Sequence record: MT586120.1
Length of the DNA stretch: 64,000 nt
Reading direction: 5' to 3' (one strand)
Below the pieces are notes generated by a model. The model made no database searches, was not told where the DNA came from, and worked only from the letters and a program-made list of their open reading frames with translations. Positions within the stretch are counted from its first letter, which is position 1. Every line of letters begins with the position of its first letter. A program made the translations under genes and the position numbers. Below, one piece after another: positions 31,083 to 43,000 of this stretch.

Positions 31083-34000
31083 ATGATTTCATCAGAAACC
31101 AAGATTTTACTTAAGCGTTCTGGCGTTCCAGGACGTATTCCATCCTTAGCGGACCTAAAACTAGGCGAGTTGGGTATCAACTATTATGACGGTAAGGTAT
31201 ACCTCCGTCAAGAAAATGATGTAGTTGGTTCCCGTATCATCGAGCCTGGTCAAGGTGACGATATTGGTAGGACTATTTTCGTAACCGTAAATGGTAACGA
31301 CAACAACTCTGGTCTTAACGAGAGAGACTCTGTAAGAACCATCAAAAAAGCCGCTGAGTTAGCTCAGTTTGGCGATGGTATCAAGGTGTATCCTGGTCAG
31401 TACATCGAAGACAACCCCATTACATTCCGCGATTTGGTTGCGGTTGAGGGTATGGATCTTCGTAACGTCCTAGTTACACCAGCAAACCCAGAGAAAGATT
31501 TATATTTAGTTGGTGACGGTTTCCACGCAACTAACCATTCATTCGTATCAAACCAAGATTCTCGCGATGCTGCCGCGATCATCTCATTCCGCCCTCTAGA
31601 AGGAACCGCATCTGATCGCTACTTTGATGCTGCCCGTCTAATCAGGGACAACCTAAACTTCATTTCAGGCGAAGCTGTAGGTTTCTTGACTAGTGGCTAT
31701 TCAGGCTTTGCTGCTGGTCAAAGATCTCAAGATGCTGCTCGTGCTATTGAACTCAACACAAACTTTATTAGTGAAGAGTCCTTCCAGTATATCAACAGCC
31801 CAGATTATAGGGGTCCAGCATACACTAATCCAGATATCAACCAGTGTCGTAGTGACCTAAAGGATATTCTAGCTGGATGGAGATATGACTTAATCTCTGA
31901 TGGTAACTCCGAGTCAACTGGTGTAGGTCTAACCTACTACGCACCAGTCAAGTTCACCAAGACTACAAATATTACTGACCTAGTTTATGATAACACAACT
32001 GGTTTGTTGGTTATTGAGACTGAACTAAGTACTCAATCACTACCTGGTGATGAGATTAAGCTAAGAGATATTCAACTAGATTGCCCTCCTTATGGTAATT
32101 CATTCCTAATTGCTGGATTTGATTATGATAATGTAAGTGGTGTTGGTACAGTAACTCTACCTTTCATCCACGATATTCAAGCTGGTGATACAATCAAGCT
32201 AGATGATCTCAAGTTTGACTGCCCTCCATATGGCGCTCAAGCATATTCAGTATCTGACTTTGTTTATGATGAGACTACTGGCGGAAGCACAGTAACTCTA
32301 TCAAGTAACCATAACCTTAAAGTTGGTGATGCAATTGAACTCCGCGATATGCAGTTTGATTGCCCAGCTTATGGTGGTACTTTCTCCAACGTTGTAAACA
32401 TTGAGTATAACAATGTAAGTGGAGAAGCAATCCTAACTTATGCGGATGCTGCTGACCTAGACGCTGGTGATGTTGTTCTTCTATATGATATCAAGCTATC
32501 CTGCCCAGCATACGGCAATGCTATTTCAATCACTGGCTTCGATTACGACAACTTTACTGGTATAACACAAGCTTCTTTCGCATCACCTCACGGTCTACGG
32601 GTTGGTGATCTTGTTAAGTTTGAGAACCTTAAGTTTAGCTGTGAGAGCTACTTGAGCGACACTTATAATATCGTTGGATTTGAGTACAACAATCTAACTG
32701 GTGAAGCTCTAGCATCATTCTCTTCTGATCACAACCTAGCTGGTGGAAGTAATGTTGTACTAGACAATCTAACCTTTGCTTGTAATAGCTACTTCCCAGA
32801 AGGAATCAATGTTACTGGATTTAACTACACCAATACAACTGGCGTAAGTACAATCAGCCTAGATCACGCACATAACTTACAGATTGGTGATCGTTTCCAA
32901 CTAGAAGACCTAGTATTTGCTTGTAACAGCTACTCATTCACTGATATTGATGTTACCGCAGCAACTTACGATAACGTTACTGGCTTTGTAAACATCACTC
33001 TAGCTGCTCCTCACGGCAGTTCTGTTGGTGAGTTCGTCAAGCTAGACGGTATTGAGTACTCTTGCCCTGGTGGTTCTGGTATCACAACTACAATCTTCCC
33101 TGATGGAACGATTGGTGATCAGTTTGAGATCCTTTCAGTACCTTCACCTAGTGCTTTGATTGTAAATGTAGGTCCTTCTGCAATCCCACACAGCTATGTT
33201 GGTGGAGGAACTGCTACGGTTGGTATTACTACAACAGTATTCCCTGATGGAACTCAAGGTAATGAGTTTGTTGTAACCGACCTAGTTGACTCCCTAACAT
33301 TGGTAACAAACGTTGGTGTATCTACTATCGCTCACACATATGCTGGTAGTGGTAAGATCTTTGTTGGCTTCACAACAACAGTATTCCCCGATGGAACACA
33401 AGGTAATGTATTCCCAGTTCTAGGAGTACCTGCTGCTAATCAAATAGCACTAAATGTTGGTACTAGCACCATCGAACATACTTATGTTGGTGGTGGTACA
33501 GCTTCTAATGAAGACACATTCCTAAATGTATCTGGCTTCACCTATAACGATGCCGATGGAACTGGATTAGTAACATTGGGTTCCAACCACAACCTAGTTG
33601 TTGGTGATAGTTTCATCCTAGAAGACCTCAAGTTTACTTGTGATAGTTACAGAAATACCGCAAGCACATTTGATATCAGTGACTTCCAGTATGATAATGT
33701 AACTGGTCTATCCACCGTTGTTATCACATCATCTCACGATCTACGGGTCAATGATACGATTGCTCTTTATGATATTGAGTTCTCTTGCCCCAATGGTTCT
33801 GGTATCACAACTACAATCTTCCCTGATGGAAGCGTAGATAACTTCTATGATGTTGTTGCGGTTATTGACCCCAACACAATCATCACTAGAGTCGGTACCT
33901 CCACAATCCCACATTCATATGTTCAGGGTGGTTTGCTTCAGGTTGGTATCACTACTAACATCTTCCCAGATGGAACACGTCCAAGTGATAACTTCTTTGA

Positions 34001-37000
34001 TGTTGTTTCAGTTCCAGCACCTAATCAGATCCTAACTAACGTTGGTTTGAGTTCTATTGCTCATACCTATGCTTCTGGCGGTAAGTTCTACACAGGCATC
34101 ACAACTAATATCTTCCCCCAGACATTTGAAGATCCTAATGTAAAAGTTGTTAATGCCGTATATGATAATGTAACTGGTGCCGTAACAGTCACCTGTGATA
34201 AGCCCCACGGTCTATTAGCTACTAATACAGTACTTCTCCAAGGGCTAGAGTTCTCCTGTGCTTCAGGCGGTCCTGGTGGTGCTCCTGGTGTATTGCTATT
34301 CCCACGTAACCAAGAAACTTATGAGGTTGTATCTGTAGCTACTCCTACAACTTACACCATCAATGTTGGTCCAAACAGCATCCCACATACCTATGTTAGT
34401 GGTGGTATTTCTACTCCACAAAACATCATTGATGCGGTATACAACAGAGCCAACGGAGAACTAACAGTTACTCTAAACAGACAGCACGGATATGTAGCAG
34501 GAGACACTGCTAGTGTTGTTGATTTAGTATTCTCCTGCCTATCTGGTGGAGAAGGTAATGCTCCAGGTGAACTAATCTTCCCTCGTCCTACTGATGAGTT
34601 TGTACTACTATCAATCTCTGGTAGTGAGTTTACTGTAAATGTAGGTGAGTCAAGTGGACTACCCCACACCTATGTAAATGGTGGTTCTGTAAGCTATGCT
34701 GGAACAACCGCACAAGTAACAAGTGCATTATACAATGAAGAGACTGGTGTTCTAACAGTTACAACTAGTGCTCCATTGGGTGCTGCTGTTGATAACGTAG
34801 TCACAATGCAGGGTCTAAACTTTGCTTGTAACTCCGGTGGTCCTGGTAATGACCCAGGCACAATCATCTTCCCACGCCTAGATGTTCCTGTATTCAAAGT
34901 ATCTAAAGTTATCAGTGGCGTAACTTATGTAATCAACGTCGGTACTTCTACTCTAGCACATACTTATGTGTCTGGTGGATTCTCAAGCCTAAAGAAAAAG
35001 GTTAATGATAACAACCTATTCAGAGTATTGGGCGTACCTACTCCCAACACAGTAGTAACTAATGTTGGTGTAAGCTCCATCCCACACACATATGTAAGTG
35101 GTGGTAATGGTTTCGTAGGAATTACAACTAACATCTTCCCTGACGGTACACGCCCTAACGGTAGCCGCTTTGAAGTGTTGAGTGTCCTATCACCTAACAA
35201 GGCAGTCATCAACGTAGGTGTCTCTACAATCCCACACTTCTATGAGAGTGGTGGTCAGGTTCAGTATGGTGAGACAAATGAGCGTCCCATCCTAGCATTT
35301 GATTACAATAACCTAACTGGTGGAGCCAGAGTCACGGTTCGTGGTCCTCACGGTCTATCAGCTGGCGATAGCGTCAAGTTTGATGGTATGGAGTTTGAGT
35401 GTGTTAATAGCCCAGGCATTACAACTACAATCTTCCCTGACGGAACAGCAGCAAGTCTTAACCTCTTCCCTGTAACTGGTGTAGTAAACAACACCGTATT
35501 TGATTGTAATGTTGGACGGGTTCCTTTCACTCACACATATATTCAGGGTGGTTCTGCTTTCGTAGGAATTACAACTAACATCTTCCCTGACGGCACACAA
35601 GGTTATAACTACACTGTTACTGGTGTTCCTTCATCCAATAAGGTCAACGTAAACGTCGGTGTTTCAAGCATCCAACACAACTATGTTCGTGGTGGAGCAC
35701 TATTTGCTGGCGAAACTAACGAGCGTGATATTGTTAACTTCAGCTATGATAATGAGTCTGGTCTAGCTATTCTAACTCTACGTCAGCCTGAAGATTTATA
35801 CACAGGCAACCTTGTTAAGTTGAAGGGGCTTGAGTTTGATTGCCCCGATAGTACTGCTATCACTACAAATATCTTCCCTGATGGTTCACAAGGCTTCCTA
35901 TTCCCAGTCACCGAGAGACTAAATCCAACACAATTCCAGTTGAATATTGGTCGCTCAACAATCCAGCACAACTATGTACGGGGAACTGGCGCAGCATTCG
36001 TTGGTATCACTACTGATATCTTCCCTGACCTATCAACACAACCAACAAAACTATTCAATGTTGTTTCTATCCCTTCACCCAACACCGTTGCGGTTCAGGT
36101 AGGAACTTCCACAATCCCACACAACTATGAGAGTGGTGGAACATTATCCGTTGGTATTAACACAGACATCTTCCCAGGTAGCAGTGTTGTGTCTCCTCTT
36201 GGCGATACATTTGTTATTGATGCCGTCACTTCTTCTGGTGAAATAGTAATTAATGTAGGAACTTCTTCTATCACTCACAACTATGAGCGTGGTGGTCAGG
36301 TTCTATATGGACAGAGTTCTGGTGGAGAGCTACAGCACATCACTGGTCCTGGTGTTATGGATGCGACTATCGCAGCTATTGACTTTGAGCGGCAGATGTC
36401 TAAGTATGTTTTGAATAACCGCCCTTGGGGTTCATTCATTGCTGCTGAAACTGGAATCGTTAATGGTATTGATTATGATAATGTAACTGGCTTCGCTACA
36501 GTAACCGTACCTGGAATCAACGCTCAGCGTGGCGATATGGTAAGGATGAGTGATATTCAGTTCGTATGCTCTGATGAGTACGCTGGACTAACTACCACAT
36601 TCTTCCCAGACAACACACGCCCAGAGGGTCAGTACTTTGAAGTTGAATCTCGTATTGATGAGAACTCATTTGAGACTTTCATTGGTATTTCTTCCATCAA
36701 GCATAATCACTTGAGAGGTGGTAATGTATACCGCTACAGACAAGGTATTGAGAATGTAATCTATGATAGAGCATCTGGTCTAGCTAGTGTAACCTCAATG
36801 GCTCACGGTTATAAGGTTGATGATATCATCGAAATGGGTGATATTAGATTTACCTGCCCAGTATTCACACCTGACTACGACATTGAGAACTTCACATACG
36901 ATAACACAACAGGTTTATCACAAGTAACTACAACAGTTGATAACGATATTCAAATTGGTGATTTGGTTCGCCTAGATGATATCCAACTTGACTGTCCTGC

Positions 37001-40000
37001 TTATGGTAACGAGAGAGTTATTACGGACTTTGAGTACAACAATCTAAACGGTTACTCTGAAATTACAGTAGCATCTCCTCACGGTCTACAACTAAACCCA
37101 AGAACACCAGTAGCAATCACCACCGCAGTTTATGATAATGTAAGTGGTATTGTTACAGTAACTACTGCTGCTCCACTCAACATTGATTTGAGTATCAATA
37201 ACGGAGTTCAGCTAACGGGTCTTGGATTCACCTGTTCTAACTCAACCACAACTACTAATGTTGTTGGTGCTGTATACGATAACACAACTGGTGTTGTAAG
37301 AATCACAACCAACGCAGCTAACAACGCTGCTGTGAGTTCCAAGGTTAAGTTACAGAATCTAATCTTCTCTTGTGAGAGTGGTGGAGTTCCTTCCGATCAG
37401 GCATTCCCAAGTGGTGTTGATGGCTTTGACTTCCTAGTCAGTGAAGTAATCAGCGCAACCGAGTTCAACGCTATCGTTGGAGTCAGCACACTAACTCACA
37501 CATATGTAACTGGCGGAACCGCACAAGTTGGTATCACTACTAACATCTTCCCTAGTGATGATACTCTTATCTACCCAATAACAAATATTGAGAGTAGCAC
37601 TAAGTTCTCACTACAAGTTGGTCCTTCTGCCTTTGCCCACACCTACACGGGTGGTGGTGATGCTACCAAGGTCAATCGTTATAGTGTGAAGCTAGCGGAT
37701 ATTAAGTTTGATTGCCCTGCTTATGGTAATGATATTGGTGTTACTAACTTTATTTACGATAACACATCAGGTAATTCACTAGTAACCGTAGATTCCAATC
37801 ACGGATTGAATGTTGGAGATAGCATTAAGCTAGCCAACCTCAAGTTCCAGTGCCCTCCTTATGGTAATCAGTTCAATGTTATTGCTGCTGACTACGATAA
37901 TGTAACTGGTATCATTACAGTAACAACTGACCGCGACCTAGATGGTATTTCTGTTGATGAAGTATTGAGACTAAGAGATTTACAGTTTGATTGTAACTCT
38001 GGTACTCCCTATGCTATTCAGCAGGTTACTTTCGACCCATTCAATGGTCGTATCGCAACTCTATCACTCGGTCAGAACCCACAGGTCAATCCAGGTGACC
38101 TAATCAAACTAGAAGGTCTTCTATACAGAAATGCTGCTGGTGAGGAAGTTCCATACCCAGACGGTAGAGATGCTAGCTACAATATTTTTGAAGCTCGTTC
38201 AGTAACCCAGGTCAATGCTAGCACTTGGGAAGTTACGGTTCAGTTCAACAATATTACTGATAGCTTGGTAATCTTTATTCCTAATGGATCTAGCTACGGT
38301 ACATTATTCACTGGCGTAACTGGTAACATCTTCCCCGAAAATGTTGGACCAGAAGGTGGCTTCTATAATGTATTGAGCCTACCATCACCTAACCAGTTCG
38401 CAATACAAGTCGGAACCTCAACGATTCCACACACATACATCCGCAATGGTGAAGCATTCTCTGGCGTAACAACCAACTTCTTCCCAAGCACAGACCCACA
38501 GAACTCACCACTAGGTAATCTCTTTGAGGTTGTAGGAGTTCCTACTCCAACACAAGTGAGAATCAATGTAGGCGTATCAAGTATCAGCCACATCTATGAT
38601 TCTGGTGGTCAGCTATTGGTTGGTATCACTACTAACATCTTCCCTGATGGAACACAAGGTAACTTGTTCCCTGTTGTAAGTATCGGTAGTTCCACTGAAC
38701 TCCGCGTCAATGTAGGAACATCTTCTATCCCTCACAACTATATCAGTGGTGGATTGATGTTCGTTGGTATTACTACTAACATCTTCCCTGGTGACCCACA
38801 GAACTCACCACTAGGAAACATCTTTGAGGTTCTTGGTAAGGATGATGATTGTGGTAAGGATCGCTTTACTATCAACGTAGGTGTATCAACTATCCCTCAC
38901 GCATATGTAGAAGGTGGTACGGTAACCACAGGCGTAACTACAAGCCGCTTCCCAGATGGAACCAACGGTTTTGAGTTCCCAGTTGAGAGTGTATTGGACG
39001 CAGACACATTCATTGTTAATGTGGGTCCTTCATCAATCTCTCACACATATGTTGATGGTGGCTATTCTCGCCGCTTGGAGAGCCCAATCAATTCATTCCT
39101 ATATGATAATGTAACTGGTTTCGCTGATGTTGGAATCACTAGCCACAGACTAAACGTCGGTGACCTAGTTAAGCTACGCGATATCAAGTTTGATTGTGAC
39201 CCATATGGTGGTGAGAAGTTCATCAACAATGTAGTATACAACAACCTAACTGGAAGACTAAACGTCAATACTATTGAGCCACACGGTCTATCTCTAAATG
39301 AGACCATCAAGCTCTCTGGTATTCAGATGGACTGCCCTGCTTATGGTAATCAGATTGCTATCACTGGCGCATCATACAGTAATACTACTGGTGTTATTGA
39401 TGTTACAGTCACCCAGGCACACAACCTATCTATTGGCGATAGCGTCAAGCTAGATGGTTTAGATTTCGTATGCCCTGGTGGTTCTGGTATCACAACTACA
39501 ATCTTCCCTGACGGAACAGCAGCAAGCTACAACATCTATGAAGTTGTATCAGTACCTGCTGCGAATAGCCTAACAGTAAATGTAGGAACCTCAACGATTC
39601 CACACACATATACAGGCGGCGGAAACATCTTCGTTGGTATCACTACCAACATCTTCCCAGGCAGCGCACAGAACTCACCACGCGGTAGCTTCTTCGAGGT
39701 TCTAGACACTCCATCAATTACAGAGTTCACTCTAAATGTTGGCGTATCTTCCATCGCTCACGGATATATTCGCGGCGGTTTCGTTCAGACTGGTGTAACA
39801 ACAGACATCTTCCCTGACGGAACACAAGGTGATTACTTCCAGGTTGGTGAGATTATTGACGAAGATAACTTCACAATCGATGCTGGTATCTCATCAATCA
39901 CTCACAGATATAACTCTGGTGGTTATGGTGCTAAGTATGTTACTTATCAGGCAAGAACACCACAGGTTGTCGATACATCAGTAATCCGCGTAAGCGGTGG

Positions 40001-43000
40001 CTGTAAGGCAGCTGAAGCTCGTGTAGATCAGTTGGCTGGGATTGTAACCTCTATCATACAGAACGGTCCTTCAGCGGCTCCTGGTGATGTCCCACTTAAC
40101 GTAGTGGCTGCTTCTTATAACAAGCAGACTGGTGACCTATCAGTAACAACCTCAGGTGAGACTGGCGTTGCTCCTGTGGATACAGTTAAGATTGAGAATC
40201 TAATCTTCCAGTGTAGCAAGGTAAGCAATGTTATTGGTGCTACCTATGATAACACAACAGGCAAAGCTATCATCACAACAGATGATGACAACGGCATCAG
40301 TATCGGCACCAAGATTAGATTGGAGGGACTAAACTTCGCTTGTAATGACGGAAGCCTAGTATATCCTTCAGATCCAAATACGGTGTTTGATGTTATTGTT
40401 GTTCTAGGAGACAATAGATTTGAGCTTGACTTGGCTAAGTCAACAAAAGTTCATACTTGGACTGGTGGTGGTGTTTGTACTACGGTACCTACAACACGCA
40501 CATTCCCAGACAATAAAGTATTCATCTACAATGTTAAGTCTGTTCTATCACCAACAACATTTACTGTAAATGTAGGTCCTTCTGATATCGATCATTCATA
40601 TATCAGTGGCGGTCACGTATCACCAGGTCTACGCTACCAGGTTGATAACGCAGAATACAATAAGATTACTGGTCTTCTAACAGTAACTACCGATGTTGAT
40701 AATCAACTCATAGCAAATACTGGAGTCAAGCTAAATGACTTACAGTTCTCCTGTACTTCAGGTGGTGCTAACAATCAGCCAGGTATTCTACCATTCCCAG
40801 ATGGTCGTCCAGCTAACGTTGTGGCTGCTACTTATAATAATGTAACAGGTCTTCTTCGTGTTACTACAGATAAGCCTCATCAAGCATACGCAGATGTTAA
40901 GGTTCGCCTAGAAGGACTTGAGTTCTCCTGCCCAGGTGGTTCACTCATCTACCCAAGCAATCCTAATCAGTTGCTTCGCGTAACTAAAGTAGAAGACTTC
41001 TATACATATGAAGTTCTACTTGAGCCATCATCAAAAGTACATACTTATGTTCAGGGTGGAACATCTAGCACAGGAACGAACCACTATTGCGTAGATTCTG
41101 TAATCAACTCACGCACATTTACAGTACAAATGGCTCCAAACAACCTAACTCACACATATGTGAGTGGTGGTACGGTTGCTTCAGTATTCTGTGAACAGAT
41201 TCTAACTGGAATCAACCTACGCACAGCCAAGTGTGCTGATGATGTGAAGAAGATTTACCTAGCAGTTGTTCACGATGTTACTCGTGGCGGTAATATGAAG
41301 TCCGTTGCGGCAGCTAGAAAGTACTACGACGCAGTTGGTCAGTATCAGCACATTGCTGGTGGTGAAGTCAACCAGACCGTAGCGGCACTAGACTACTCAC
41401 TAAATGTCGTTCGCTGTGTAATCAATAACGTATCTTGGGGTGGCGTTCCACGTGGCTACTTCACTTCAAGGGAGAGAGCATTCATCCCAACCAAGTCAAA
41501 CCTAGACGCACCTTTGGCTAACAGGTCACTATCAAGAGACCTACTACGCCTAGCGGATATGCCTCCTTCAACAACACAATCTGTTGTTTGTATTGAGAAG
41601 CCTTTCGAGAAGGGTCAGTATACAACCAATAAGAAGTTTATTGAGGCATTTGACTACGATAACGTCACTGGTATTGCTTCAGTTACTACTACCCAGGCAC
41701 ACCGCCTAATCAAGTATGACGCAATCCGCCTAGATGATATCAAAATGCGTTGTGTTGGTAGTCCAAGAATCACCACAAATCTATTCCCAGATGGAACTCA
41801 AGGTGATATCTTCGAGGTCAAGCAAACCTTCCAGGATAATCCAATCTATCCAGTAAGTGATGCTACTTATAACAATACCACTGGTAATCTACTTGTCGAG
41901 TCTCTCGGTAGTAATCTAGAACTTGAAGTAGGAACTCTAGTTAACCTACGCAACTTGAGATTTGAGTGTAGTTCATCTGGTGCTCCAGGCACTATCGTCT
42001 ATCCAACAAACTCAGATTATGTATATGAGGTTAAGAAGATTATCAACGGAGATACAATCCTAGTCAACGTTGGTGTATCAACTCTGGTACATACCTTTGT
42101 CCCAACATCAACTACTTTCAATGTACCTCAGTTCCAAGAGCTTCCTAGAAAGTTCATCGCTCACGTAGGAACAGTTGGTTTCCCACATATCTACGAGCAA
42201 GGTGGAACTGTATGGAAGCAAGAGCCATTCCAAACTCCAGAAAGTGCTACCCAGTTGCGCGATGTATCAATTCAAAATGATCCGTTACAGTTTACCAATA
42301 GCACACCTAATGCTTGTGCGAATGTCTTCTCCGCCATTGAGAATACAGTTGGCGTTGTAACAACAATCATCGATGTTGGGTTTGAAGATTCTGGTATCTC
42401 TGTTAGGTATCCAGGTAATGATGGTAGGGGTGTTGATTCATTCGATCAAATGTCCTCACAGGGTGTCGGTAACATCATCAGGGGTCCATACATCCGTAAC
42501 TGCACGAACTTTGTTCCTAAGTCAATCGGTATGAGAATGGACGGTTTCGATGCTGAACCAGGCGATGAAATCTCCAACGGTGTTCAAGGTTCATCTAACG
42601 TTGACTCATTCACCCAGTTTAACCCAGGCGGTATTGGTTGTTCCGTATCAAATGGTACCTACCAGCAGCTCGTTTCTATCTTCACCATCTGTTGTGACCA
42701 GGCTATTGTTTGTGACTCAGGCGCACAGCTTGACCTTACAAACTCTAACAGCTCCTTCGGACGCTTAGGTCTAGTCGCTCGCGGTATTGGTGATGCTAAG
42801 TCCAAGTGTATTGACCGCTACACGGGTATCGTTGCTGAGGAAGCCCAAATTGAAGATGATACAGTCATCATCCGGGGAGTGGGCGAGAAGCGCCCTTATG
42901 ACGGTCAAGGAATCTTCTTTGGAGAACTCTTCCGCGAAGTTATCCGAATCGATGTTACTGATGGGGGTTCTGGTTATGATGACGAGAATCCACCAGTAGC

